In this document: positions 20,939 to 30,579 of the stretch, in pieces | Position numbering within the stretch: the first letter of the stretch is position 1 | Layout of the letters: each line of letters begins with the position of its first letter | Source of the DNA: an uncultured Solirubrobacteraceae bacterium | Lineage (GTDB): Bacteria > Actinomycetota > Thermoleophilia > Solirubrobacterales > Solirubrobacteraceae | Direction of reading: 5' to 3' | Length of the DNA: 64,000 bases | Assembly (NCBI GenBank): GCA_963815235.1 | Contig: CAWFFY010000003.1 | Location: forward strand, 1,161,478 to 1,225,477 | Position numbers and translations under genes: made by a program | The notes under the pieces: generated by a model | Told to the model about the DNA's origin: nothing | What the model saw: the letters and a program-made list of their open reading frames with translations, nothing else | Database searches by the model: none

Positions 20939-22189
20939 ATGTGCGTCGATGATCCAGAGGAGCTCGGCCGGCTGTTCGCCGAGCGCGTCAACGCCGCAGA
21001 TCTTGACGGTCTGCTCGCCCTTTACGAGGAGAGCGCCACGTTGGTCAGTCCCGACGGCAGGAGCGCGTCCGGGAGCGACGCCATTCGCGAGCGTTTGGAG
21101 GCTTTGCTCGCGATGACGCCCGCGATCACGCTGACGAGCAGCCGCGCCCTGATGGCAGGCGACGTCGCGTTGATGTCCAATCGCTGGCGCATGTCGCTCG
21201 GCGGGGAGGGAGACGCGCCAGCGGGATTCGACGGTACGAGCACAGAGGTCGCGCGGCGCCAGCCGGACGGAGGCTGGCTCTATGTGATCGACAACCCCTC
21301 CCTCGCCACGACGACGACGGCTGCGGGCGCTGGCGCGTCTGCGGGCGGCTCGTTCCCGTTCACGCAACTGCTCTATGAGGAGCAGGGTCCTGTCGTCCGG
21401 ATCACGTTGAACCGGCCCGAGCATCGCAACGCGCTGTCGATGCAGATGTCTGACGAGCTCGTGAGCGCGTTCGAGCTCGTGCAGCGCTCAGAGACGGCCA
21501 AGGTGCTTGTCATCGAGGGTGCCGAAGCCACTTTTTGCGCGGGTGATGACATCACCGAGATGGCGCTCTGGGGCGACGCCAACCAGATCATGCGCCGCGT
21601 GCGCGGCTACCAGCGGATGGCCGACGCGCTCGCGGACCTGGACAAGGCCACGATCAGCGCCGTCGATGGCTTTGCCGTCGGCGGCGGCCTCGAGATCACG
21701 ATGGCGTGCGACTTCGTGGTCGCGACGCGCCGCGCCAAATGGGGCATGCCGGAGGTCGACGTCGGGATCACGCCCGGATGGGGCGGCACCACGCGCATGG
21801 CGCGCCTCATCGGACGGAGGATGACCAAGGAGATCAACCTGATCGGCGCTCTGCACCCAGCGGCGCGGGCTGCCAGCCTCGGGCTGTGGAATCGCGTCGT
21901 CGACGACGGCCGGCTCGATGCAGAGGTTGACGCGCTCGTACAGGTGCTGCTGTCGAAGAACCAGCAGGCCGTGCGTCAGCTGAAGTTCATGATCGACAAG
22001 GGAGTGGAGGCCGATCTGCACACCGCCCAGGGCTTCGAGGCACTCTCCGCGGGGCTCTCCGGCGCGGTGAACGGCGCCTGGCTCATCGCCGACGCCGACC
22101 AGTTCAGCGGTGTCAGCAGCTTCGTCGCCAAGGGCGAGCTGTGGCGTGCCCGCCGTGACAGCGCCCGCGACTTCTGGACCGACGCATGA
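20939..22189 (+). CDS. SnoaL/NTF2-like (YybH/DUF4440) domain fused to enoyl-CoA hydratase/isomerase
   Basis: AGGAGG RBS; STEVARRQPDGGWLYVIDNP; Thr/Ala/Gly linker; ITLNRPEHRNAL, GGGLEITMACD and MPEVDVG motifs. Confidence 0.88.
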   Translation: MCVDDPEELGRLFAERVNAADLDGLLALYEESATLVSPDGRSASGSDAIRERLEALLAMTPAITLTSSRALMAGDVALMSNRWRMSLGGEGDAPAGFDGTSTEVARRQPDGGWLYVIDNPSLATTTTAAGAGASAGGSFPFTQLLYEEQGPVVRITLNRPEHRNALSMQMSDELVSAFELVQRSETAKVLVIEGAEATFCAGDDITEMALWGDANQIMRRVRGYQRMADALADLDKATISAVDGFAVGGGLEITMACDFVVATRRAKWGMPEVDVGITPGWGGTTRMARLIGRRMTKEINLIGALHPAARAASLGLWNRVVDDGRLDAEVDALVQVLLSKNQQAVRQLKFMIDKGVEADLHTAQGFEALSAGLSGAVNGAWLIADADQFSGVSSFVAKGELWRARRDSARDFWTDA

Positions 22190-22360
22190 GCACTCCTGTG
22201 TAGCGATGGTTACGTAGCGTTCGTTCTGAAGCAAGTCGAGTGACCCACCCCACCTGGCGGCCACCCGCTACGGCCCGCCGATCCCGACTGCCCGAACTGC
22301 GCTCAGCGGCCGAACCCTGGAATCTGGCGTTCGATCGGGGGCTTCGTATATAAAACAGCC

Positions 22361-24796
22361 ATGTGGCGTCCCGCCAAGGAGGCTCTGGCGCGGGCGGGCA
22401 CACAGCTGGGGCGCCGCCCGGGTCTGCTCGCGTTCGGCGTCCTGGTGGCGCTGATTGCATGGCTGTTCTCGGCGGCGCTATTCGGCGGCAGGCGACTCGG
22501 GCCCGAGGACCTGCTGCTGTTCCAGTCGCCGTTCGCTCCCGCAGACGTGCCCGCCGGCTGGCATCCGTCGAACACCTTTCTGTTCGACGTCGTCTACGTG
22601 TTTCACCCCGACATGTTGTACGCGCGGGAAGCGTTGCGCAGCTTCTCGCTTCCAACTTGGAACCCGTATATCGGGGCGGGCGAGCCGTTGCTGGCCACCC
22701 AGCAGAACGCGATCCTGTTTCCGCTGAACTGGCTGGCGATTGTGGCGCCCTCCTTCTGGTCCTCGCTCGCGTGGGTGGCGGCGCTGAAGCTCCTTGCGGC
22801 GGGCGGCGGAATGCTGCTGTTCCTGCGGACGCTCGGACTTCGGTGGCCCGCCGCACTGCTGGGAGCGGTGGCGTTCGCGTTCAATGCATATCTCGTCGAC
22901 TGGCTCGAACATGACCTTTCGGACGCCTGGACGATCCTGCCGTGGCTTTTTCTGTTCGCCACCCTGCTGGCGCGCCATCGTCGTCCGCGGGACGCACTGC
23001 TGCTCGGTGCTGCATTCGGCGCCGACTTCTTGGGGGGGCATCCGGAGACGTCGTTCATGGCGGTCACCGCCGCGGTGCCGTGGTTCTTTGTGCTGCTGGC
23101 GTTCGACAGAGCGAGCTTCCGGGGCGACCTGCGGGCGCTCGCGCGGGTGGCCGGGTTGTTGTTCGGATCACTCGTCCTTGGAAGCGCGCTGGCCGCGATC
23201 GTGTACGTGCCGTTCATCGAGATGCTGGGCCAGTCGACGAACCTCGTGCGTGGCGGCGGCGACGGAAGCGCGAACTGGCTGTTCGGGTTCGTCGCGCCCG
23301 AATTGTGGGGCCGTCCAGACAAGGCCGAAGTCGCGGGCGGACCGGTCAGCTACATCGAGCGCACCGCATATTTCGGAGTGATACCGGTGATCTTCGCGTT
23401 CGCGGGCCTCGCGGCGCGCCGCTGTAAGGAGCAGATCTTCTTTGTGGTGATCGGGCTGATGAGCCTCGGGCTGGTGATCTACGTGCCCGTGTATTCGCAC
23501 CTGGTGGGGCGACTGCCGGTGCTGGATCGGATCGACCAATTTCGGTATCTCGGGATTGTGGCTTTCTGCGGCGCAGCGCTGGCTGCCTATGGCATGCAGC
23601 ATCTGCTGCTCGAGACGAACCGGCGAAGACGGGTGGCGATGGTCCTGGTCGGAACTCTTGTCGCGGCGGTACCACTGCTGTGGGTTGTTGCCCATCACAG
23701 CGTGCTGCACTCGTTCGGCGCTGCGCTCGAACAGCTGCCGAACATCCAGCGCGAACCAATCCCGCGGCCGGTGCTGCAGCTCGCGGCGTTCCTGCGGTGG
23801 GGCCTGTTCGCGCTGGTCGGTGTGATCCTGCTGGCCATCGGCGCCTTCCGGCCGCGTCTGGCGATGCTTGCCGGAGTGTTGGCGATCGCGGTCACCGGGT
23901 ACGACCTCGTGACCTACGACCACGGATTCCATCCCGCGATCCCCGCCAGCTTCGATGAAATCTCGACGCCGGCCGCCCTGGCGACGATCAAACAGCTCGG
24001 TGGGCACCAGCGCGTCGCCGGGGGGGTGGAGTTCCTGCCGAACTTGGCCGAGCGCTACCAGCTTCGAGACGCGCGCGTCTATGAGCTCCCCGAACTTGAA
24101 CGCCGCACCGAGCTGTGGGGGGCGCTCGGGGGCGCCACCGGTGGAGATGAAGTTATGAACCCCGAAGACGGCCTGCTGGCGAGCGTGTTCTCGGTGCGGT
24201 ACATGCTCTCCTACACGCTCACCGAACAGCTGCTGCATGCGACCCATCCGAGCCAATGGCGCCTGCTCTCCCCGCAGCCGCTCGTGGAAAACCGGGAAGC
24301 GCTACCGCGTGCGTGGATCGCATACGGGTGGCGCGCAGCCCCGAACATGGACGCGGCGTTGACGCTGATCAAGGCTCCGGGCTCGACCGCCCGCGTGGAC
24401 ATGCGAACGCCGACGATCGAGGGCGTCCGAAGCGCGCCGGCAGGCGAAGTGCCGGCCGCGGAACCGGCCCGTTTCCTGAGCGACGGCACAAGGACCGTGA
24501 GCATCACCGTCGAAGCGCGCCGGTCGGGCTATGTCGTTCTCAACGACACCTACTACCCCGGCTGGTCGGCGACGGTCAACGGTCACGCCGCCACGATCGA
24601 TCCAGCGAACGTCGCATTTCGGGCCGTCGCGGTGCCCGCCGGCCACGATGTGATCACGTTCCACTACGACCCCTCGAGCGCCAAGATCGGAGCACTCGTC
24701 AGCCTGTTCGGACTCGTGGTGCTCGTGGGCGGACTGCTAGGTCCGCCGCTCTGGAGGCGCCGCCGGCGGAGGGGGCAGCCGCTGGTCGAGCCGTAG
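22361..24796 (+). CDS. YfhO-family membrane glycosyltransferase (GT-C)
   Basis: WNPYIGAGEP, GGHPET, ALPRAW, LNDTYYPGWSATVNG and C-terminal TM helix. Confidence 0.85.
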   Translation: MWRPAKEALARAGTQLGRRPGLLAFGVLVALIAWLFSAALFGGRRLGPEDLLLFQSPFAPADVPAGWHPSNTFLFDVVYVFHPDMLYAREALRSFSLPTWNPYIGAGEPLLATQQNAILFPLNWLAIVAPSFWSSLAWVAALKLLAAGGGMLLFLRTLGLRWPAALLGAVAFAFNAYLVDWLEHDLSDAWTILPWLFLFATLLARHRRPRDALLLGAAFGADFLGGHPETSFMAVTAAVPWFFVLLAFDRASFRGDLRALARVAGLLFGSLVLGSALAAIVYVPFIEMLGQSTNLVRGGGDGSANWLFGFVAPELWGRPDKAEVAGGPVSYIERTAYFGVIPVIFAFAGLAARRCKEQIFFVVIGLMSLGLVIYVPVYSHLVGRLPVLDRIDQFRYLGIVAFCGAALAAYGMQHLLLETNRRRRVAMVLVGTLVAAVPLLWVVAHHSVLHSFGAALEQLPNIQREPIPRPVLQLAAFLRWGLFALVGVILLAIGAFRPRLAMLAGVLAIAVTGYDLVTYDHGFHPAIPASFDEISTPAALATIKQLGGHQRVAGGVEFLPNLAERYQLRDARVYELPELERRTELWGALGGATGGDEVMNPEDGLLASVFSVRYMLSYTLTEQLLHATHPSQWRLLSPQPLVENREALPRAWIAYGWRAAPNMDAALTLIKAPGSTARVDMRTPTIEGVRSAPAGEVPAAEPARFLSDGTRTVSITVEARRSGYVVLNDTYYPGWSATVNGHAATIDPANVAFRAVAVPAGHDVITFHYDPSSAKIGALVSLFGLVVLVGGLLGPPLWRRRRRRGQPLVEP

Positions 24797-24828
24797 CTCC
24801 CGAGGTGCGCTCTAGGATGATCCGGCGC

Positions 24829-26016
24829 ATGCCTGCCCCGGTCCCAGCAGCCGAGTCCGACGCCGCCGAACTGCTCACGGGGGTCGACGCCCAACCCCAC
24901 GCGCGAGCGGTGCTGACGCCGGCGCTCGCGCCCGGGGGCAGCCCGTCGCACGCGTATCTGTTCCACGGCCCCGCCGGAACCGGCAAGCGAGCGCTCGCGC
25001 GCGCTTTCGCCGCAGCGCTGCTGGAGCAGGGCGCGCGCAGTCCCGACACCGTGGCCGAACGGGTGATGCGCGACAGCCATCCGGACCTCACGTGGGTCAC
25101 GCCGTCGGGCGCCGCCGAAATGCTAGTCGCGGACATCGAGCAGCCGGTCGTCGCGGCCGCGACGCGCACACCGTTCGAGTCCGCCCGGCGCGTGTTCGTG
25201 ATCGAGGGCGCCGACACGATGAACGACCAGGCGGCCAACCGCATGCTGAAGACGCTCGAGGAGCCGCCCGCCTTCACCCACCTGCTGCTGCTGGCCGATC
25301 GTCGCGAGGACGTGCTCGCGACGATCGCCTCGCGCTGTCAGCCCGTGCGCTTCGACCCGCTGCCGGCCGCGCTGATCGCACGGCGTCTCGCCGTTCCGGG
25401 GGCCGGCGACGAGGCGTCGGCCCCCGGCGAGGCCGCCGACGGCGTCGCGAGCGCGCGCGCGCAGGCGTGCGCGCGTCTGGCACTCGGCGACGCGGGTCTC
25501 GCAGCACGGCTCGCGAGCGCCGACGGCGAGTCCCTGCGGACGCGCGCCGAGGGCTACGTGCGCTCGGCGCTGGCCGGCGAGACCGGCCGGCGCCCGTGGC
25601 TCGAGCTGCTGGAGCTCGCCAAGGCGGCGGGCGTCGCCGCCGGCGAGCGCGCGCACGCGCGTACCGCGTCCGAGCTCGAGCTCGTGCCCACCAAAGAGCG
25701 CAAACGCTACGAGCGCGAAGCCGCCGAGTCACGGCGCCGCGGCGAGCGGCGCGAGCGCACCCGCACGCTCGATCTCGGTCTGCGCCTCGCGGAGCTGTGG
25801 CTGCGCGACCTCATGTGCCTGCGCGAAGGCGCCCCCGAGCTGATCTACGCCGTCGACCGCCGCGCGCAGCTCGAGCAGGATGCCGACGGTCGCGACGCCG
25901 TAGCGCTGCGCCGCGGCGTCGAGCTCGCCGCCGACGCGCGCCTCAGCCTGTCGCTGAATGTCTCCGAGGAGCTGGCGCTGGAGGCGCTCGCCTACCGCTT
26001 GCAGGCGGCTCTTTAA
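24829..26016 (+). CDS. holB: DNA polymerase III subunit delta'
   Basis: SHAYLFHGPAGTGK, HPDL, AANRMLKTLEEP and TIASRC motifs; TAGGAT upstream of ATG. Confidence 0.9.
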   Translation: MPAPVPAAESDAAELLTGVDAQPHARAVLTPALAPGGSPSHAYLFHGPAGTGKRALARAFAAALLEQGARSPDTVAERVMRDSHPDLTWVTPSGAAEMLVADIEQPVVAAATRTPFESARRVFVIEGADTMNDQAANRMLKTLEEPPAFTHLLLLADRREDVLATIASRCQPVRFDPLPAALIARRLAVPGAGDEASAPGEAADGVASARAQACARLALGDAGLAARLASADGESLRTRAEGYVRSALAGETGRRPWLELLELAKAAGVAAGERAHARTASELELVPTKERKRYEREAAESRRRGERRERTRTLDLGLRLAELWLRDLMCLREGAPELIYAVDRRAQLEQDADGRDAVALRRGVELAADARLSLSLNVSEELALEALAYRLQAAL

Positions 26017-26031
26017 GCGTCCAAACCGTCG

Positions 26032-26904
26032 TCAGGCGATCGGCCCGAGGTTCGGCTCGATGCCGAACGTGTCGAATGCCATGAACTTCGAGAACTGCCG
26101 GTTTTCCGGGCCGTGAAAGTCGGCCGAGCCGGTGGTCAGCATCCCGAGCTCGGCGGCGCGCTTCGCGAGCAGCCGCGTCTGGCGCTCGTCGTGGGTGATG
26201 TAGAACGCCTCCACGCCGTCGATTCCCAACGCGGCGAAACGCTCGAGGCTGTCGAGGACTTCGCCGTCGTCGGAGATGTCCCAGAACGGGTGCGCCCAGA
26301 TCGCCACGCCGCCCGCGTCGTGGATCGCCGCGATCGCCTCGGCGACCGTCGGCGTCTCGCGCAGGCGGAACGCCGCCTTGCCCTCGATCAGGTAGCCGCG
26401 GATCAGCGAGCCGATGTCGTCGATGCCCTCGCCCTGCAGGCGCTCCGCGTTCGCCGGCGCGCGCAGCACCGCGCCTGCGAGGTGGGGGCGACCGATCGGT
26501 TTGCCCTCCGCGATGCGCTGCTCGATCTCCCCTTCGTCGAGCTCGAAGCCGACCTCGCGCAGCGCGTCGCGCATGCGCAGCGTGCGCTTCTCGCGATCCG
26601 CCAGGAAGTCCGCCAGGCGAGCCGTCATCACCGGACCCGTGTAGTCGATTCCGTAGCCCAGGATGTGCAGTTCGCGCGGGACCGGTGAGCCTGCGTCCAC
26701 GGCTGAGATCTCCACCGCCGGCACCACACGCACGCCCGCCTGCTCGCCCGCGGCGATCGCCTCTGAGACGCCGCTGATCGTGTCGTGGTCGGACAGCGCC
26801 AGCAGCTCCACACCTGCATCAGCCGCGCGCTGCACGACCTCCGCTGCCGGCAACACGCCGTCGGAGTGAGTCGAATGCGACTGCAGGTCAAAGCGGGGCG
26901 CCAC
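26032..26904 (-). CDS. PHP-domain metallophosphoesterase (YciV/TrpH-like)
   Basis: DLQSHSTHSDG, LSDHD, ELHILG, WAHP and GSADFHG motifs. Confidence 0.9.
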   Translation of the reverse strand: MAPRFDLQSHSTHSDGVLPAAEVVQRAADAGVELLALSDHDTISGVSEAIAAGEQAGVRVVPAVEISAVDAGSPVPRELHILGYGIDYTGPVMTARLADFLADREKRTLRMRDALREVGFELDEGEIEQRIAEGKPIGRPHLAGAVLRAPANAERLQGEGIDDIGSLIRGYLIEGKAAFRLRETPTVAEAIAAIHDAGGVAIWAHPFWDISDDGEVLDSLERFAALGIDGVEAFYITHDERQTRLLAKRAAELGMLTTGSADFHGPENRQFSKFMAFDTFGIEPNLGPIA

Positions 26905-26927
26905 GGCGGGCAGCGTATGCGATCGCT

Positions 26928-27311
26928 TCAGGAGCTCGCGTGCTCGTGCGCCGGCGAGTCGCTGCCGAGGCCGGTCAGCGCAGCCACACGGCGTCCAACG
27001 ACCGCGCGCAGCCGGCGCACCGCCGCGTGGTAGCGGCGCGCCTTCTCGCACAGCACGACGTCGCGATCGCTCTCCGCGCTGTCGAGCGCCGCGCGCGCCG
27101 CGTCCGTCTCGAGCGCCCGCTGGCACGCGTCGATCCAGATCACCTCGAGGTACGCGAGCGCCGCGCCCACCGCGTCCTCATCCAGCATCTCGCCCCGTTC
27201 GAGCTGGCGCACGATCGGGATCACCTCCGAGGTCAACCACAGGCGCTCGCCGTGAGCGCGCAGAATCAGGCACATGTCGGGAGGATCGGAGGAGGGGGAG
27301 TGGTCCGTCAT
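26928..27311 (-). CDS. Hypothetical protein
   Basis: Helical ORF with coding-like codon use; start chosen at MTDHSP. Confidence 0.55.
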   Translation of the reverse strand: MTDHSPSSDPPDMCLILRAHGERLWLTSEVIPIVRQLERGEMLDEDAVGAALAYLEVIWIDACQRALETDAARAALDSAESDRDVVLCEKARRYHAAVRRLRAVVGRRVAALTGLGSDSPAHEHASS

Positions 27312-27530
27312 GGGTGTCGTGCCGCTCGGCGTCATTGGATTTCGGGGCCGCCGGCGGAAGCCGGCTTTTGGGAGTCTTTGCGGCTCAGAATTGGCGTCGG
27401 CAGGGCGATATCGCTGCTTTAGATTCACGGCCGCGACTCCACGCTTCTCCATGCTCGCTCAGGCCGCAGCGAGCTGGCGCCGATGTAGAGATGGGAGGCC
27501 CACCGTCCTCCACGCCGACCGGAAAGCGAG

Positions 27531-28283
27531 ATGTACCTCCTCGACACCGACCCCACTCGCCGCACCGCCGGACAGTACGCGCGCGCGACCGTCAGCCGCC
27601 TGCGCCTGCGCACGCTGGCGACGCTCGGCGTGCTCGCCGTCGCGACCGCGTTGCTCGGCAGGACCTTCGGGCTCCACGACATCTGGTTCCTCGCGTCCGA
27701 GATTGCGCTGCTCGTCAGCATGTTCGTGATCTCCCGCTACGTGCTGCCGCTCGTCGAGCGCCACGATCGTGGCGCCACCGGCGAGGAGCAGGTCGGCGGC
27801 CTGCTCGAGGTGCTCTCCGAGCGCGGCTGGCGCGTGCTCCACGACGCCAGCCTCGGACACGGCAACGTCGACCACATCCTGATCGGACCGCCGGGCATCT
27901 TCACGATCGAGACCAAGAGCCATCCCGGGCCGGTGACCGTCGCGCGCGTCCACGGCGAGACGCTGCGCCAAGCGCAGGCGCAGCGCAGCGCGATCGAGCG
28001 CGTCACCGGCGTCGAGGTCGAGCCGCTGATCGTCTTCAGCCGCGCCTGGGTCGACCGGCCGCTGGCGCGCCGCAAGGGCGTGCGCGTGGTCCCCGCGCGG
28101 ATGCTGCTCGGCCACCTCGGCAAGCTGGCAGAGATGCTCTCGCCCAAGGAAATCGACGCGGCGCACGAGCTCGTCGCCCAGGCCCTGCTCGAGCATCACG
28201 CGCGCGGGCGCCCGCGCGCGGACAGCCGCCATCGCGTCCGCGCCGGCCGGCTACCGACGGCGCACGGACGCAGCTGGCGGTAG
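27531..28283 (+). CDS. NERD (nuclease-related domain) protein with N-terminal TM helices
   Basis: GATGEEQV and NVDHILIGPPGIFTIETK motifs. Confidence 0.85.
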   Translation: MYLLDTDPTRRTAGQYARATVSRLRLRTLATLGVLAVATALLGRTFGLHDIWFLASEIALLVSMFVISRYVLPLVERHDRGATGEEQVGGLLEVLSERGWRVLHDASLGHGNVDHILIGPPGIFTIETKSHPGPVTVARVHGETLRQAQAQRSAIERVTGVEVEPLIVFSRAWVDRPLARRKGVRVVPARMLLGHLGKLAEMLSPKEIDAAHELVAQALLEHHARGRPRADSRHRVRAGRLPTAHGRSWR

Positions 28284-28297
28284 CGTTGACTGCGCCC

Positions 28298-28591
28298 ATG
28301 GCGATCTCGCCCTTCAACGCGCGGCCCGCCTCTCCCGAGGGCGAGCGGCGCCGCGCGCGCCTCGCCGTCGCGATCGCGACCGTCGGAATCATCGCCATCC
28401 TGCTCGCGTATGCCGTCTCGCCCGGTGTCAGGCACAGCGTCAGTCACGCCGCCCACAGCGTCAAACACGCAGTCGGTCACGTGTTCGATCCCGATCACCG
28501 CGCCGCCTCCCGCGGGCAGACCCGCCTGCATCTCGTGCAGCCCCTACACCGGCCGGCGCCCAGCTCCGCGCGCACGACGCCGGCGCAGTAG
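28298..28591 (+). CDS. Small hypothetical membrane protein
   Basis: One TM helix, then the VRHSVSHAAHSVKHAV helix; TAGCGT upstream. Confidence 0.55.
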   Translation: MAISPFNARPASPEGERRRARLAVAIATVGIIAILLAYAVSPGVRHSVSHAAHSVKHAVGHVFDPDHRAASRGQTRLHLVQPLHRPAPSSARTTPAQ

Positions 28592-28635
28592 CCGGGCGCT
28601 GAGTCCCGGCCGATGCGAGGGGTAGCGTCTATGCG

Positions 28636-30540
28636 GTGCACGCCACGCTGACCGACACACCGCCACCCGACGCACTGCCCGCCGACGCCGACGGCCAGCC
28701 GGCACCGCGCCCCACACCCGAGGAGCTGTTGCGACGCTTCGGGCTCGAACGCTTCCGGCCCGGCCAGCGCGAGGCCGTGCAGGCGGCGCTCGACGGGCGC
28801 GACAGCCTCGTCGTGATGCCCACCGGCGGCGGCAAGTCGCTGTGCTATCAGCTGCCCGCGCTCGCCGGCGAGCACGACCGCGATCAGCCGCTGGTCGTGG
28901 TCGTCAGTCCGCTGATCGCCCTGATGTCCGACCAGTGGCACCGGCTCGAGAGCGCCGGTGTGCGCGCGGCGATGCTCGCCTCAGGCATGGCCGACGGCCA
29001 CAACGAGCAGGCGCTGCGCGACATCGAGAGCGGCGTCGCGCAGCTGGTCCTCGCTGCGCCCGAGCGGTTCGCCTCGGGCGCCTTCCGCGCCGCGCTCGCA
29101 CGCCGGCGGGTGGCGCTGTTCGTCGTCGACGAGGCGCACTGCGTCGCCGAGTGGGGCCACGACTTCCGGCCCGACTACCTGCGCCTGCACGACGCCATCA
29201 CCTCCCTGCGGGGTGGTCCCGACGGCGGCAGGCCGGCGGTCATGGCGGCGACCGCCACCGCCACCCCTCAGGTCGCGCAGGAGATCGCCGCGCGCCTCGG
29301 CCTGCGCGACTGGCTCTCGATTCGATCCGGCTTCGACCGTCCCAACCTCACCTTCGACGTCGTCAGCGTCGAGGGCAAGGGCGCCGTCGCGCGCAAGCGC
29401 GCCGCTCTGATGCACGCGCTCACCGCCGGCGCGAGCGGTGACGCCGCACCCGCGACGCTGCCGGCGATCGTCTACTGCGGTACGCGCAAGGACACCGACG
29501 AGGTGGCCGCGAGCATCGCGCAGGCGGGGATCGACACGGTCACCTACCACGCCGGCATGGGCCCGCAGGCACGCCGCGACAGCCAGGCGGCGTTCATGCA
29601 GGGCAGCGCCCAGGTGGTGGTGGCGACCAACGCCTTCGGCATGGGCGTCGACAAGGCCGACGTGCGCACGGTCGCGCACTGGGCGCTGCCGACGAGCCTC
29701 GAGGCCTACTACCAGGAGGCCGGCAGGGGCGGGCGCGACGGTGCCCCCGCGCGCGCGCTGCTGCTCGCCTCGCGCATGGACCTCGGACGGCTGATCAGGT
29801 TCATCAAAGAGCGCGACATGAGCGTCGAGGACGTCAAGCGCTACGTCGCCGGCCTGCGAAACCTCGCCGACGGGCGCGACCAGCTGACGATTGGACACGG
29901 CGAGTTGGGCGAGCGCCAGCGGGTGCTGCTGTCCGTCGCCGAGCGCGCCGGCGCCGTGGAGCTCCAGCCCGGCGGCCGCGACGGGCTGCTCGTGGCGCTC
30001 ACCGGCCGCGGCAGCCCGCGACTCGCGCACGCTGCGATCCAGGCCTCGCGCAACCGCGGCTGGGAGGCATACCGCTCGATCGAGCGCTACAGCTCAGACG
30101 GACAGACCTGCCGTAGGCGCCAGATCCTCGAGCACTTCGGCGACCCCGCCGCCGGTGCACCCAGCGGGCGCTGCTGCGACGTCTGCGACCCCGACCCCGC
30201 GCTCGAGCGGGCGATGCTCGCGGCACCCACCGACTCGCGCAAGCGGACTCGCACAGGTGGCAGCGCCGCCGCCGGGCGCGGTCGTGCCGACGCGTCAGGC
30301 GAGAGCGATCTCGAGCCCGTCGACGAGCGCGCCTTCGAGGAGCTGCGCACCTGGCGGATGGAGCGGGCGGAGGGCAAGCCGGCGTTCACCGTCGCCAGCG
30401 ACGCCACGCTGCGCGCGCTGCTGCGCGAGCGACCGCGTGGTCTTGGCGCGCTGCTCGAGGTCAAGGGGATCGGGCCCGCGTTCTGCGAGAAGCACGGCGA
30501 GTCGCTGCTCACGGTGCTCGCGGGAGTGAACGCCGGATAG
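28636..30540 (+). CDS. recQ: RecQ-family ATP-dependent DNA helicase with HRDC domain
   Basis: MPTGGGKSLCYQLP, VDEAHC..WGHDFRPDY, AFGMGVDK, QEAGRGGRDG, CRR...CCDVC, KGIGP. Confidence 0.95.
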   Translation: MHATLTDTPPPDALPADADGQPAPRPTPEELLRRFGLERFRPGQREAVQAALDGRDSLVVMPTGGGKSLCYQLPALAGEHDRDQPLVVVVSPLIALMSDQWHRLESAGVRAAMLASGMADGHNEQALRDIESGVAQLVLAAPERFASGAFRAALARRRVALFVVDEAHCVAEWGHDFRPDYLRLHDAITSLRGGPDGGRPAVMAATATATPQVAQEIAARLGLRDWLSIRSGFDRPNLTFDVVSVEGKGAVARKRAALMHALTAGASGDAAPATLPAIVYCGTRKDTDEVAASIAQAGIDTVTYHAGMGPQARRDSQAAFMQGSAQVVVATNAFGMGVDKADVRTVAHWALPTSLEAYYQEAGRGGRDGAPARALLLASRMDLGRLIRFIKERDMSVEDVKRYVAGLRNLADGRDQLTIGHGELGERQRVLLSVAERAGAVELQPGGRDGLLVALTGRGSPRLAHAAIQASRNRGWEAYRSIERYSSDGQTCRRRQILEHFGDPAAGAPSGRCCDVCDPDPALERAMLAAPTDSRKRTRTGGSAAAGRGRADASGESDLEPVDERAFEELRTWRMERAEGKPAFTVASDATLRALLRERPRGLGALLEVKGIGPAFCEKHGESLLTVLAGVNAG

Positions 30541-30579
30541 GCACCGGCGCGCTCCGCCACTACGGCGTCAGCGCGCGCC

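Noticed and set aside
24256-24828. N-terminal extension of holB in the ORF track
   Set aside because: Overlaps yfhO in another frame with low-complexity sequence; the real start follows TAGGAT at 24829
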